From assembly GCA_052168235.1 (NCBI GenBank), contig JBQLZK010000006.1, positions 104,837-168,836 on the forward strand: 64,000 nucleotides of DNA, read 5' to 3'. Below, piece by piece: positions 9,844-20,290 of this stretch. This DNA comes from Thainema sp. (lineage in GTDB: Bacteria > Cyanobacteriota > Cyanobacteriia > Phormidesmidales > Phormidesmidaceae). The translations under genes were made by a program, and so were the position numbers. Positions within the stretch are counted from its first letter, which is position 1. The number at the start of each line of letters is the position of its first letter. The notes beneath the pieces are model-generated. The model did no database searches, was not told the origin of the DNA, and worked only from the letters and a program-made list of their open reading frames with translations.

Positions 9844-10842
9844 CTAACCATGTCGCTTCTGATGCCAGTTCCACGCATGACGAATAATCGTTGGCAGATC
9901 CGCATATTGGGGCTGCCAGCCCAGAATTGAGCGGGCTTTTTCGCTGCTGCCAACTAGAGCTGGTGGATCGCCGGGTCTGCGATCGCACTCTACCGCAGGA
10001 ATGTTTCGTCCCGTTACCTGCCGCGCCACGTCGATCACTTCTCGCACGGAAAAACCGTTACCGTTGCCGAGGTTGAAAATGGCTGTCTCACCACCATTCA
10101 ACAGATACTTGAGTCCCAACACATGAGCGTCAGCTAAATCCGTTACATGAATATAGTCGCGGATGCAGGTGCCGTCGGGGGTGGGGTAGTCGGTGCCGAA
10201 GATGGAGATAGACTCTCGTTTGCCGAGGGCGGTTTGCAAGACGAGTGGAATCAGGTGGGTTTCGGGGTTGTGGTCTTCGCCGAGGCGACCTTCCGGATCG
10301 GCTCCGCAGGCGTTGAAGTAGCGGAAGCGGACGGAACGCAGGTCATAGGCATGGTCGAAGTCATCTAGGATTTGCTCCACCATATATTTGCTGCGACCGT
10401 AGGGATTAATCGGATCCTGGGGATGATCTTCTGGGATGGGATTGGTTTTGGGGACGCCGTAGCTGGCGCAGGTGGAGGAGAAGACGAAGTTCTTCACGCC
10501 AGCGGCATTCATGGCTTCCAGCAGGGTGAGGGTGCCTGTAACGTTATTTTGGTAGTACTTGCCCGGATCGCTGACGGATTCACCCACATAGGCATAGGCA
10601 GCAAAGTGCATGACTGCGGCAACCTTATAGGAAGCAAATAGCTGATCGAGCAGCGTTCGATCGGCGGTGTCGCCTGCGATCATTTCAACCTGTAGGACTT
10701 GTTCGACCAGATCTTGGTGACCATACACGAGGTTGTCCAAAATCAGGACATCATAACCAGCCTGTTTGAGGGCTAGAACAGCGTGGGAGCCAATATATCC
10801 GGCTCCACCAGTTACCAAAACAAGGGGTTTTGCATCTGTCAC
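9844..10842 (-). CDS. galE: UDP-glucose 4-epimerase
   Basis: VTGGAGYIGSH, HFAA, YGRSK, RYFN, RDYIHV motifs. Confidence 0.96.
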   Translation of the reverse strand: MTDAKPLVLVTGGAGYIGSHAVLALKQAGYDVLILDNLVYGHQDLVEQVLQVEMIAGDTADRTLLDQLFASYKVAAVMHFAAYAYVGESVSDPGKYYQNNVTGTLTLLEAMNAAGVKNFVFSSTCASYGVPKTNPIPEDHPQDPINPYGRSKYMVEQILDDFDHAYDLRSVRFRYFNACGADPEGRLGEDHNPETHLIPLVLQTALGKRESISIFGTDYPTPDGTCIRDYIHVTDLADAHVLGLKYLLNGGETAIFNLGNGNGFSVREVIDVARQVTGRNIPAVECDRRPGDPPALVGSSEKARSILGWQPQYADLPTIIRHAWNWHQKRHG

Positions 10843-11038
10843 AGTGGTTCTCCTCCTAATGCTGAATATGCTGTCATGCCCAAATTGTCATATCACTTTA
10901 AGATCCTACAACTGTGCTGCCCGGAACTTTGTATTAGATTTATGGGACGGTGATGGGAGAGGCTGTAGCGGGTAGGTGCGCGATCGCAAATATCCCCACA
11001 AACGCAAACACAAACATCTGTAGGTGGTGTGAGCAACT

Positions 11039-12526
11039 ATGTTAGAAACCTTAGATCTGTCCCTGTCGCTGGACAAAGACACCTATAAAACCCAGATGAA
11101 GTCGCTGATGCAGCAGTTGCGGCAGCTTCAGAAAATGTGTTGGGAATCGGGATTGCCGTTTGTGATTGTGTTGGAAGGCTGGGCGGCAGCGGGCAAGGGC
11201 AACATCGTCAAAATTGGCGCAGACTGCATGGATCCACGCGGCTTTCAGGTGCATCCCATCTGGCCGCCAACGGCGGAGGAAAAGCAGTATCCGTTTCTCT
11301 GGCGGTTTTGGCAAAAGCTGCCGGGGAAGGGTAGCGTAGCGCTGTTCTACCACAGTTGGTATACCCATGTGCTGGAGGATCGGCTGTTTGATCGGGTGCC
11401 TGCGGAGGATGTGCCGACGGCGATGCGTCATATCAATGCTTTTGAACGCCAGTTGGCCGATGAAGGAGTTGCGATCGCAAAATTTTGGGTTCATCTCAGT
11501 AAGAAGGAGATGAAGAAGCGGCTGAAAAAATACGCCGACGATCCGCTGGAAGCGTGGCGGGTGCGCCCGGAGGACTGGCAGCAGCAGAAAAACTACAAGC
11601 AGTACACCGAATATGCCGAGGAAATGCTCACCTATACCAGCACTGGCCCTGCGCCTTGGACGCTGGTGGAAGGAGATTGCAGTCGCTGGGCGGAACTGAA
11701 AGTCTGGACGCAGGTGGCGGCCACGCTGACGACAGCACTCGATCGGCAAAAGATCACCTGTGTTGCGCCAAAGCTAGAACCCCAAACTCATCTCACGCCA
11801 GCGGAACCAGATTTGCTAGCTCAGGTGGATCTAAAGCAAAACCTATCGCCGGAAGACTATAAGCAGCAGTTGCGTGAGGCGCAAATTAAGCTGCGGGAAC
11901 TCCAGTTGCGGATTTTTGAGCAGCAGGTGCCTGTCCTGGCCATCTTTGAAGGTTGGGATGCGGCGGGTAAGGGAGGTGCAATCAAGCGGCTAACGGCAAC
12001 GCTCGATCCGCGCAGCTACAAAGTGCATCCCTTTGCCGCACCAACGGATGAAGAAAAGGCGCACCACTACCTCTGGCGCTTCTGGCGACGCTTACCTCGG
12101 GCAGGCCAAATTGGTATCTTCGATCGCAGTTGGTATGGTCGGGTGCTGGTCGAACGGGTGGAAGGATTTGCCACTGAAACCGAATGGCGACGGGCTTATC
12201 AGGAAATCAACGAGTTTGAACTCCAGCTCACCAGCGCAGGCTATGTTTTAGTGAAATTCTGGCTGCACATTAGCCAAGAAGAACAGCTTGCACGTTTCGA
12301 GTCTCGCGGTGACGATCCGTTCAAGCAGCATAAGCTGACGGAAGAAGACTGGCGCAACCGCGATCAGTGGGATTTATACTACGTTGCCGTCAACCAAATG
12401 GTGCAGCGCACGAGTACCCCGCAAGCGCCCTGGCATATCATCGCTGGCAATCACAAGTATCACGCCCGCGTGCAGGTCGTACAAACGGTAACGGAAGCAA
12501 TGGAACGGGCGTTGAAGAAGCGTTGA
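11039..12526 (+). CDS. ppk2: Polyphosphate:AMP phosphotransferase (two-domain PPK2, class II)
   Basis: Two PPK2 domains (EGWAAAGKG/FYHSWY and EGWDAAGKG/FDRSWYGRVLVERV). Confidence 0.92.
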   Translation: MLETLDLSLSLDKDTYKTQMKSLMQQLRQLQKMCWESGLPFVIVLEGWAAAGKGNIVKIGADCMDPRGFQVHPIWPPTAEEKQYPFLWRFWQKLPGKGSVALFYHSWYTHVLEDRLFDRVPAEDVPTAMRHINAFERQLADEGVAIAKFWVHLSKKEMKKRLKKYADDPLEAWRVRPEDWQQQKNYKQYTEYAEEMLTYTSTGPAPWTLVEGDCSRWAELKVWTQVAATLTTALDRQKITCVAPKLEPQTHLTPAEPDLLAQVDLKQNLSPEDYKQQLREAQIKLRELQLRIFEQQVPVLAIFEGWDAAGKGGAIKRLTATLDPRSYKVHPFAAPTDEEKAHHYLWRFWRRLPRAGQIGIFDRSWYGRVLVERVEGFATETEWRRAYQEINEFELQLTSAGYVLVKFWLHISQEEQLARFESRGDDPFKQHKLTEEDWRNRDQWDLYYVAVNQMVQRTSTPQAPWHIIAGNHKYHARVQVVQTVTEAMERALKKR

Positions 12527-12597
12527 GCGACAAAGAGCCAATCATTTCAAGCTAATGTTTAGACCAAACTCTGTTTTAAGACGATTTATGCCGAGGT

Positions 12598-13494
12598 TTA
12601 ATGTTTAGGTTTGCTCAATTGCTTGAATGTTCCAGGTCTCAGCAAACCATTTGCGATCGCAGTTCCTAATAACACCAACCCACAGCCTAAAATCATCGGA
12701 ATTGTAATTGCTTCGCCCAGTGCGATCGCACCCCAGAGCATCGCAAATAACGGAATCAGATAGGCCACCGTCAGGGTTTTAGTAGGGCCAATGTTTTCAA
12801 TCAGTCGAAAGTACAGCACATAGGCCACTGCCGTTGACAGCAGAGCCAGCGCGATCACTGCGGCCACAACGCCAGTCGTTGGTCGGGAGAGCGGCACAGT
12901 AAACGGCAGCACAGGCACAAGCAGACAGGCTGCACTCAGTTGACTGCCCGAAGCGATCACCAATGAGGGAACGCCAGCCAGTGTTTTCTTGATATAAGGA
13001 GCTGCGATCGCATACATCAATGCCGCCGACAGGCCAGCCACGACCGCAGTTAAAAAGGCAGGCGTCGCATTGATTGCCTCCCAGCCCACCAGGACGACAA
13101 CGCCTGTAAACCCCAGGGCAAACCCAATTGACCCCAGCAACGTGGGTTTTTCATGCAGCCAGACGAGCGCCACAACGGTACCAAACAGCGGCACGGTTGC
13201 ATTCAAAATCGCGGTGAATCCCGCCGGTAGTGAAACCGTGGCAAACGCAAACAGGACAAAGGGTAGTGCAGTATTCAGTGCACCCACAACCAGCAGCGGC
13301 AGCCAGTGGCGACGCACTTCACGCAGCAGATCCAGCCGGATCAGCAGCGGCAGCAAAGTCAAACCTGCTAGCAACACCCGAAACTCAATCAGCCACACTG
13401 GGCCAAGTACGGGAGCCGCCACCCGCATAAACAAAAACGATCCACCCCAAAGCGATGCCAGCAACAGCAGCTCTACAACATTCGAAATTTTCAT
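12598..13494 (-). CDS. DMT/EamA family transporter
   Basis: LWGGSFLF, about 10 TM segments, AYVLYFRLI..IGPTK. Confidence 0.9.
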   Translation of the reverse strand: MKISNVVELLLLASLWGGSFLFMRVAAPVLGPVWLIEFRVLLAGLTLLPLLIRLDLLREVRRHWLPLLVVGALNTALPFVLFAFATVSLPAGFTAILNATVPLFGTVVALVWLHEKPTLLGSIGFALGFTGVVVLVGWEAINATPAFLTAVVAGLSAALMYAIAAPYIKKTLAGVPSLVIASGSQLSAACLLVPVLPFTVPLSRPTTGVVAAVIALALLSTAVAYVLYFRLIENIGPTKTLTVAYLIPLFAMLWGAIALGEAITIPMILGCGLVLLGTAIANGLLRPGTFKQLSKPKH

Positions 13495-13538
13495 AATGCA
13501 CCTATTACTCTGACTCTCTTTACAGCCCTTTACAGCCT

Positions 13539-14408
13539 TTACTCCTTACTCCTCACTCCTTGCACTGCTTCCCAACTCAACATCGTCGTCTTCCGCTCTA
13601 GTCCCCAGCGATAACCACCCAGTTCACCTGAAGCCCGAATCACCCGGTGACAGGGGATCAAGTAGCCAATCGGATTGCGGCCAATCGCGTTACCAATCGC
13701 TCTCGCTGCTGTGGGTCGCCCAATTGATACCGCTAAATCCTGATAGGTAGTCATGCCTGCAAAGGGAACATTGAGCAGCGCCCGCCAAGCCTGAATTTGA
13801 AAGTTCGTGCCTTTAACGTGGAGTACTACAGGTGAATTATATTGAATTACGGAAAAGATGCGATCGCACAGTTCTCCACTGATTTGTTGATCCTGCACAA
13901 TCTCCGCATTGGCCCATTCAGCTTGTAAATGTTGCTCGGCTAACCTTACGTCCGGCTGATCGAGAAAGTGTAGATTGCAGATGCCTCGTGGAGTGGTTGC
14001 AATCAGACAGTGACCAAAGGGTGTGCCGTGAATCCCATAGCGAATCTGCAAGCCTGCGCCATTGGCTTTGAATTCACCGGGTGACATGGCTTCCAAGTTC
14101 ACGAACAGATCATGCAGTCGCCCCGGACTGGATAAACCTGCGTCTGCCGTTAGATCCAGCAGGCTCTTCGTTTCTGCAATTTTCGACTTGGCATATTCAA
14201 CCGTCAGGTACTGCGAAAACCGCTTCGGACTGATCCCAGCCCACTGGGTAAACAGCCGCTGAAAATGGTACTCACTGAGATGAACCTGTTGGGCAACGGT
14301 TTTCAAGTCCGGCTGATCGAGATGGTGCTGCCGCATAAATGCGATCGCACGTGCCATCCGCTCATAGGTATCACTGTTCGGAACCGTGATGTCTGATTGA
14401 GATTTCAT
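13539..14408 (-). CDS. AraC-HTH / methylated-DNA-protein-cysteine methyltransferase (Ada-like, lacking the N-terminal Zn domain)
   Basis: LSEYHFQRLF..WAGISPK HTH; GTNFQ and IPCHRVI active site. Confidence 0.9.
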   Translation of the reverse strand: MKSQSDITVPNSDTYERMARAIAFMRQHHLDQPDLKTVAQQVHLSEYHFQRLFTQWAGISPKRFSQYLTVEYAKSKIAETKSLLDLTADAGLSSPGRLHDLFVNLEAMSPGEFKANGAGLQIRYGIHGTPFGHCLIATTPRGICNLHFLDQPDVRLAEQHLQAEWANAEIVQDQQISGELCDRIFSVIQYNSPVVLHVKGTNFQIQAWRALLNVPFAGMTTYQDLAVSIGRPTAARAIGNAIGRNPIGYLIPCHRVIRASGELGGYRWGLERKTTMLSWEAVQGVRSKE

Positions 14409-14537
14409 GAAGACAGCTCATTCAAACGTGATTGTGTACGATACCGTTTCGCTTTTGGAGGCTATAAATTGGTTTCGCTCGGTAGTTTGTATGCGTTTGA
14501 TCCTCTACGACACGGCAAAGCCGACTGCACATACACA

Positions 14538-14580
14538 CTAAAATCGCCAATCTAAAATCGCCAATCCAAAATCCAAAATC
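14538..14580 (+). repeat. Short tandem repeat (STRR-like AATCYAA units)
   Basis: ctaaaatcgccaatctaaaatcgccaatccaaaatccaaaatc. Confidence 0.75.
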
Positions 14581-14697
14581 AGTATCAACCACTGTATCGA
14601 CTGCGGTGCTAATCAACCACCCATTTCTTGCGGTAAAGTCCCAAAAAACGAATGTGTCGCCGTATTCACGGCGACACATTCGCGTCTTGTAAATCAT

Positions 14698-15780
14698 CTA
14701 TGCGATCGTAATTTCAGGCGATAAATACACGTCCTGAATCATGTGGAACAGCTTGACGCCTTCTTCCATTGGTCGCTGGAATGTCTTACGACCCGAGATC
14801 AAACCGCAGCCACCAGCCCGCTTATTGACTACCGCAGTGCGAATCGCCTCGGCAAAGTCGTCCTTGCCCGATGCGCCACCGGAATTAATCAATCCCGCCC
14901 GTCCGGCGTAGCAGTTCAGCACCTGATAGCGGGTCAGGTCAATCGGGTGATCACTAGAGAGTTCGTCGTAAACTAAGTCACTCGTCTTGCCGTAGCTCTT
15001 GCCCGTAGCCTGTGCCACTGCGCCATAGCCGTTATTCACATTGGGCAGCTTTTGCTTGATGATATCGGCCTCAATCGTTGCGCCGATGTGATTCGCCTGT
15101 CCGGTCAGATCGGCGGCAAGATGATAATCCTTATCCTGTTTAAAGACGTTATTGCGGATGTAGCACCAGAGAATCGTGGCCATACCCAGTTCATGAGCAC
15201 GAGCAAAGGCTTCTCGCACCTCAATAATCTGGCGGTTTGATTCCGGTGAGCCGAAGTACACGGTCGCACCCACGGCCACAGCACCCAAATTCCAAGCCTG
15301 CTCTACCGACGAGAACATGATTTGGTCATATTCGTTGGGGTAGGTCAGCAGCTCGCTGTGGTTTAATTTGACGATGAACGGAATCTTGTGGGCGTACTTG
15401 CGAGAAACGCTGCCCAACACGCCGAGCGTGGTCGCGACGGCATTGCAGCCACCTTCAATCGCCAGTTTGAGAATATTTTCGGGATCAAAGTAAATCGGGT
15501 TGGGCGCAAACGATGCGGCGGCTGAATGTTCAATTCCCTGGTCAACGGGCAGAATTGACATATATCCAGTATTGGCCAACCGTCCAGTGCCATAAAGCTG
15601 CTGTAAACTACGCAGCACCTGCGGATTGCGATCGCTGTGGCTAAAAATACGATCGACCCAGTCGGGGCTTGGCAAATGCAGTAAGTCCTTCGAGACCTTT
15701 GCCTGGTACATCAGCAGATTTTCGGCCTCATCGCCTAGAAGTGACTCAATCGACTGTGGCGAAGAAAGTGTTGCAACCAC
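14698..15780 (-). CDS. fbaB: Class I fructose-bisphosphate aldolase (GTG start inferred at 15780)
   Basis: [37 protein letters not shown] 7 nt before the GTG; the longer ORF start lies in a repeat element. Confidence 0.93.
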   Translation of the reverse strand: MVATLSSPQSIESLLGDEAENLLMYQAKVSKDLLHLPSPDWVDRIFSHSDRNPQVLRSLQQLYGTGRLANTGYMSILPVDQGIEHSAAASFAPNPIYFDPENILKLAIEGGCNAVATTLGVLGSVSRKYAHKIPFIVKLNHSELLTYPNEYDQIMFSSVEQAWNLGAVAVGATVYFGSPESNRQIIEVREAFARAHELGMATILWCYIRNNVFKQDKDYHLAADLTGQANHIGATIEADIIKQKLPNVNNGYGAVAQATGKSYGKTSDLVYDELSSDHPIDLTRYQVLNCYAGRAGLINSGGASGKDDFAEAIRTAVVNKRAGGCGLISGRKTFQRPMEEGVKLFHMIQDVYLSPEITIA

Positions 15781-15838
15781 GGCAGTAATCCTAAATTCAA
15801 CAATGAGAAAAGAGAATTGACGTTCAGTCTGGGTGTGA

Positions 15839-15943
15839 TAAGTAGCTGCACACAAACAAATGCACAACTTAAAAACTGGGGGCTCGCCGTTCCGGGGCAT
15901 CTCCCCCGACTTTTACCTGCGTTTATTTATGCCAACCTACTTA
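15839..15943. mobile_element. MITE-like element with TAAGTAG...CTACTTA termini and internal hairpin
   Basis: taagtagctgcacacaaacaaatgca resembles the reverse complement of tgcgtttatttatgccaacctactta; second copy at 24286-24364. Confidence 0.6.
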
Positions 15944-15945
15944 CT

Positions 15946-16050
15946 TATAGCAGTAGCCGTATCGGTTAAGACATCGGGAAACTCTGAAAACGGTCGAAGG
16001 TTTGAACGTCGGATTGTGTAACTGTCTCAACCCAAATGATGACGACTATA
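15946..16050. mobile_element. MITE-like element with TATAG...CTATA termini
   Basis: tatagcagtagccgtatcggttaagaca vs reverse complement of the right end tatagtcgtcatcatttgggttgagaca. Confidence 0.55.
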
Positions 16051-16133
16051 AAATGCTCTTTTCTCCCCCAAGGCTATCTCACCTTGCCGGATTGAAAGGT
16101 CTATTTATTGACAGATATTCCTAAAGAAATTCT

Positions 16134-16502
16134 ATGGTTTTACACTGCCACGACGTATTTCTAACCTTAGCAACTGTAAAGTTTGAGCCACTTGTGGCGT
16201 TTTATCAGCAGCTTTTCGAACAGCCACCCCAGCCCCACATTCCCCAGTCCTACGCTGAGTTTCATCTCCCTGGGCTGCGGCTAGCGATCTTTCAGCCTAG
16301 AGCCGATCACGCGGCAGAGTTTAGCGCACCCTCTAGTGGCGGCATGAGCTTATGTGTGGAAGTGGAAAACTTGGAAAGTGCGATCGCGCATTTAACTCAT
16401 ATGGGCTATCCACCCACGCAGCCCATTATTACCGCATCCCACGGTCGAGAAATCTACATTACCGATCCCGATGGCAATCGGCTGATTCTCCATCAGTCAT
16501 AA
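16134..16502 (+). CDS. VOC/glyoxalase family protein
   Basis: FYQQLF, SLCVEVENLE, HGREIYITDPDGNRL. Confidence 0.88.
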   Translation: MVLHCHDVFLTLATVKFEPLVAFYQQLFEQPPQPHIPQSYAEFHLPGLRLAIFQPRADHAAEFSAPSSGGMSLCVEVENLESAIAHLTHMGYPPTQPIITASHGREIYITDPDGNRLILHQS

Positions 16503-16504
16503 CT

Positions 16505-16571
16505 GTAGGGGCGGGTCTAGCCGATCAGCGATCATCACAGATCCAAACTGGTCAACAAAATCCGCCCCTAC
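16505..16571. repeat. REP-like GTAGGGGCGG...CCGCCCCTAC element between convergent genes
   Basis: 10-bp terminal inverted repeat beginning GTAG; similar element at 39642-39710. Confidence 0.7.
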
Positions 16572-16603
16572 CTAGCGTTTCGTTCTACGACAATCTTGGA
16601 ACA

Positions 16604-18388
16604 CTATACAGGTAGCGCCACATCAACTGCACCGGAACTCATGGCCCCAGAGTAAACCAGCCCCCGCTGCATATCCAGGGTCAAAATCGCCCCATCCCGA
16701 ATCACATGGGTGGCATCTTTCACACCAACAATGACCGGAATTCCCAGCCTCAGGCCAATCACAGCCGCATGACTGGTCAGGCTGTCTTCTTCCGTGACAA
16801 TGCCGCCTGCCTTACGAATGGCTTCCACATAGTCAGAACTCGTAGACGGTACAACCAAGATTTCTCCGGGGTTGAAGCGGCTGATGTCCATTGCCGTAGC
16901 GGAGACTCTCGCTCGACCGCTGACCGTGCCTTGACCAATGCCAACACCGCGACCTAAGACGGCTGTAACGACTTCTACCTTGATCAGGTCGGTTGAACCC
17001 GCCACGCCCTGAAGCGTACCTGCGGTCATTACGACTAGATCCCCTTCATCCAGTAAATGTTTCTCCTGTGCGACATTCAGTGCCGCCTTGAACGTTTGAC
17101 CAGTTGAAGGCAAATCCAGTACTAGCAGCGGCTTTACGCCCCAAACGAGCTGAAGCTGTCGTGCGACATCTACGTGAGGCGTCACGGCTAAGATCGGTTT
17201 TTCGGGTCGGAACTTCGATACGTTACGGGCGGTGGCTCCGGTTTTGGTCAGCGTCATAATTGCTGACGCGTCTAACTGAGTTGCGATTCGCGCAACCGCG
17301 TGGCTGATTGCATTAGGTACAGAACGCCCTGGTGTGCTTTCGACGTTGCAGACAATCTGCTCTTTCTCGATCCGGCGAGCAATCCGCGCCATCGTGGCAA
17401 CCGCTTCTACTGGATGGCTACCGACTGCCGTTTCGTTGGACAGCATGACCGCATCAGTGCCGTCCAGAATCGCATTCGCTACGTCCGAAATTTCAGCCCG
17501 AGTCGGGCGGGGACTGTGTACCATGCTGTCGAGCATTTGGGTGGCCGTGATGACGGGAATGCCCAAGCGATTGGCTGTAATAATTAGCCGCTTTTGCAGT
17601 ACAGGTACGTCTTCGGCAGGCAGCTCAACGCCGAGATCGCCCCGCGCCACCATGACGCCATCGCTAATCGAGAGAATGGCTTCCATCTGCTCGATCGCTT
17701 CGTGCTTTTCAATCTTAACCACGACGGGCGTTTGCTTCCCCGCGTTAGAAATCAGCTCCTTAATTTCCAGGACATCTTGGGGATTGCGGACGAAGCTGAG
17801 TGCCACCCAATCGACGCCTTGATCGAGACCAAAAACGAGATCGCGTCGATCTTTATCAGTCAGAGCTTTAATCGAAAGGTAAACACCAGGGAAGTTTACG
17901 CCTTTGCTGTTGGACAGAACGCCACCCACCACCACTCGACAGTGGAGTTCACGCTTTTCCTGGTCAACCCGCTCGACGCGCATCTCGACGCGACCATCGT
18001 CCAGCAAAATGGTTGATCCCGCTGGCACTTCATCGGCCAGCAAATCGTAGGTGACAGAGCTAATTTGCTTTGTCCCAACCACTGGCTCACTGGTCAAGAT
18101 GAACGGATCGCCTCGCTCTAGGGTGATTGAACCCTGTTCAAATTTGCCTAAGCGAATTTTGGGCCCCTGCAAGTCCTGAAGAATGCCTACAGGCTGATTC
18201 AGTTCAAAGGATACCTGACGAATCAGCCGAATGCTGCGCTGGTGATCCTCATGGGTTCCGTGAGAAAAGTTAAGCCGTAACGTCGTGGCTCCGGCTTCAA
18301 TCAAATCCCGTAATACATCGGCATGGCTAGTTGCAGGGCCGATTGTGGCTACAATTTTGGTTCGCCGTAGAGCTTGTCGCAGTTGCAT
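16604..18388 (-). CDS. pyk: Pyruvate kinase with C-terminal PEP-utiliser domain
   Basis: TKIVATIGPA, RLNFSHG, DLQGPKIR, MVARGDLG, TATQML; C-terminal TSHAA. Confidence 0.97.
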   Translation of the reverse strand: MQLRQALRRTKIVATIGPATSHADVLRDLIEAGATTLRLNFSHGTHEDHQRSIRLIRQVSFELNQPVGILQDLQGPKIRLGKFEQGSITLERGDPFILTSEPVVGTKQISSVTYDLLADEVPAGSTILLDDGRVEMRVERVDQEKRELHCRVVVGGVLSNSKGVNFPGVYLSIKALTDKDRRDLVFGLDQGVDWVALSFVRNPQDVLEIKELISNAGKQTPVVVKIEKHEAIEQMEAILSISDGVMVARGDLGVELPAEDVPVLQKRLIITANRLGIPVITATQMLDSMVHSPRPTRAEISDVANAILDGTDAVMLSNETAVGSHPVEAVATMARIARRIEKEQIVCNVESTPGRSVPNAISHAVARIATQLDASAIMTLTKTGATARNVSKFRPEKPILAVTPHVDVARQLQLVWGVKPLLVLDLPSTGQTFKAALNVAQEKHLLDEGDLVVMTAGTLQGVAGSTDLIKVEVVTAVLGRGVGIGQGTVSGRARVSATAMDISRFNPGEILVVPSTSSDYVEAIRKAGGIVTEEDSLTSHAAVIGLRLGIPVIVGVKDATHVIRDGAILTLDMQRGLVYSGAMSSGAVDVALPV

Positions 18389-18642
18389 AGGAGAGGCAGC
18401 AGTTTAAAACAGAACCGTACTAGAATCTCTATCCTAGAGCGGATAGGCAACTCGGATACTACCACGTTGGTGAATAGTTAGAGTGCCAGTTATTTGGCTG
18501 AACCTGATCGGTTCCTGCCGACGCCCAATGGAAGCCGTTCGAAAGCAGGCAGACCGAATTCCCCCTAGCTGTTTGCTGTTTGTGGTTTCGCCAAAAGACG
18601 TCCAGAAGTTGCCAGAACCGCCAGACGGGGTTGAGCATTGGC

Positions 18643-19578
18643 TTAAACCGGCTGTACCATGCGCTGGAGATAGGACTGTACCTCTACTAAGGCCTCAGCG
18701 GCGTGGCGCAAATGAACTTCGAGCTGTTCTTTGCGATTGAGCAGCACCCGCAGTTTGCGATAGCGGGCAATTGCCATGCTTACAGTCGGCAGTTGCTCTG
18801 AGGGGCAAGGGCGACACCATAAGCGGCCATCAGCGTCTAAACCACAAAGCTGATAGCGGCTGTCGGCATTAAAAGATGGATGGCTAGCGGATGCTGGCAG
18901 TGTTTCGGTTGGTTCATTGCTGGCATCAGCCGATTCGCTAGCTGCTGTAGATTCACAAATTTTTTCAACGTATTGGAGAAGCTCTTCTCCTTCTGCATTG
19001 CGCAAAATGGCGGTGTCAATATCAACCTGGGCTGAAGATGATTCCTTTTCTTGTTCGAGCCAACCGTTGACAATGGGGCCTTCAGCATACAAATCCTGAA
19101 TTTGCACAATGACCTGCCGTAATTCCGCTTGCCAGCGTTCAACGGTTAAACTGATCTCTCGGGCTAGGCTGAGTGGTAATTCTGTGTTAAAGCTGTGGCG
19201 ATGATTGCTGAAGCTTGGCAACTTAAACTTGGGTAGCGACAAGGGTTGAGCCGCGCTGTGCTGGGCGGGAAAAGGCTGTACGGTAGGAGGTGGCGTGCCC
19301 ATCACCTTTTTGCTGGGTTGGGGGGGAGATTGAATCGTTGCCGTTTGGGCTGGAACAGTCTGGGCTGAAGTGGCGTTTGATTTGGTTCCTGCTTGGGATG
19401 AACGGGCTGATTTTGCGATCGCAAATGACACTCCCTGGGCTGATCGGCTGCGGGATGAGGACTGGCCAGATGAAGTCACTGACGCCGCAGTTTGCGAGAC
19501 ATGCGAAACAGTCGATGTGGCAGCTGTGTTTAGACGCCGCAACGTGGCTTCTATGCGCTGGAGATCCTGCTTCATCAT
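18643..19578 (-). CDS. Conserved cyanobacterial hypothetical protein
   Basis: Long ORF with low-complexity N-terminus and EGPIVNGWLE / YQLCGLDADGRLWCRPCP blocks. Confidence 0.75.
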   Translation of the reverse strand: MMKQDLQRIEATLRRLNTAATSTVSHVSQTAASVTSSGQSSSRSRSAQGVSFAIAKSARSSQAGTKSNATSAQTVPAQTATIQSPPQPSKKVMGTPPPTVQPFPAQHSAAQPLSLPKFKLPSFSNHRHSFNTELPLSLAREISLTVERWQAELRQVIVQIQDLYAEGPIVNGWLEQEKESSSAQVDIDTAILRNAEGEELLQYVEKICESTAASESADASNEPTETLPASASHPSFNADSRYQLCGLDADGRLWCRPCPSEQLPTVSMAIARYRKLRVLLNRKEQLEVHLRHAAEALVEVQSYLQRMVQPV

Positions 19579-19690
19579 GACCTGTTCTTCCTTGCGTTCG
19601 TCAGTAGGGATTTGCCAGTGGGAAAGGAGTTGCCCAAATTAAATCACAGTTTTTCCAAAACGACGCTTAGTACATGAAAAATTATTCGTA

Positions 19691-20290
19691 ATGACCGAGC
19701 CATCGACCATTTCATCCACCATTTTAGTAACTGGCCCAGCTCGCTCCGGTAAAAGTGAATGGGCCGAGCGATTGGCGACTCAGCCCCATCTGCCCGTTAT
19801 TTACATTGCGACCGCCCAGACTGATCCCACCGATCCCGAATGGCAACAGCGGATTGAGGCGCATCGCCAGCGGCGATCGCAAACTTGGCAAACGGTAGAA
19901 GCCCCGATAGATTTGGTTAAAACCCTGCAAACCCAAACGTTCGTATCTTCGCCGTCTTCGCCACGCTGTTTGCTGATTGACTCGCTCGGCACCTGGTTGG
20001 CCAACTGTTTGGAACAAGCCGATGCCGAATGGCATCAAACTCAACAGGATTTGTTACATACGGTGCAGCAAATTCGTCAGCAGTCGCGTCACCACCTAAT
20101 TTTTGTGGCGGAAGAGACGGGCTGGAGCGTTGTGCCAGCGTATCCCTTGGGCCGCTTATTCCGCGATCGCATGGGGATGCTGACGCGACAACTGGGTGCG
20201 ATCGCAGATGCCGTTTACTTGGTGACAGGCGGTTATGCCTTAGATTTAGCACAGCTCGGTCAACCCATTGATTCTGGCTTGTCCGATTAG
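19691..20290 (+). CDS. cobU: Adenosylcobinamide kinase / adenosylcobinamide-phosphate guanylyltransferase
   Basis: GPARSGKS P-loop, YIATA, RIEAHRQRR, LIDSLGTW, EETGW. Confidence 0.93.
   Translation: MTEPSTISSTILVTGPARSGKSEWAERLATQPHLPVIYIATAQTDPTDPEWQQRIEAHRQRRSQTWQTVEAPIDLVKTLQTQTFVSSPSSPRCLLIDSLGTWLANCLEQADAEWHQTQQDLLHTVQQIRQQSRHHLIFVAEETGWSVVPAYPLGRLFRDRMGMLTRQLGAIADAVYLVTGGYALDLAQLGQPIDSGLSD

Noticed and set aside
9356..9930. ORFs 9356-9568, 9513-9779 and 9562-9930
   Set aside because: Translations of repeat and hairpin DNA with no protein motifs.
11039..11750. Degenerate N-terminal PPK2 motif (EGWAAAGKG)
   Set aside because: Two-domain class II PPK2 proteins with one degenerate domain are known; not novel.
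14422..14697. 91-aa ORF between the Ada-like gene and fbaB
   Set aside because: Its centre is the STRR tract (DFGFWIGDFRL); no recognisable family.
15781..15900. N-terminal extension of the aldolase ORF (similar cases: potC 40797-40925, pdhC 63766-63840)
   Set aside because: The extensions run through repeat elements or leaders; family-typical starts lie downstream.
19580..19690. Cobalamin riboswitch upstream of cobU (gccagtgggaaag)
   Set aside because: Only a fragmentary motif; the region is too short and lacks the other conserved boxes.
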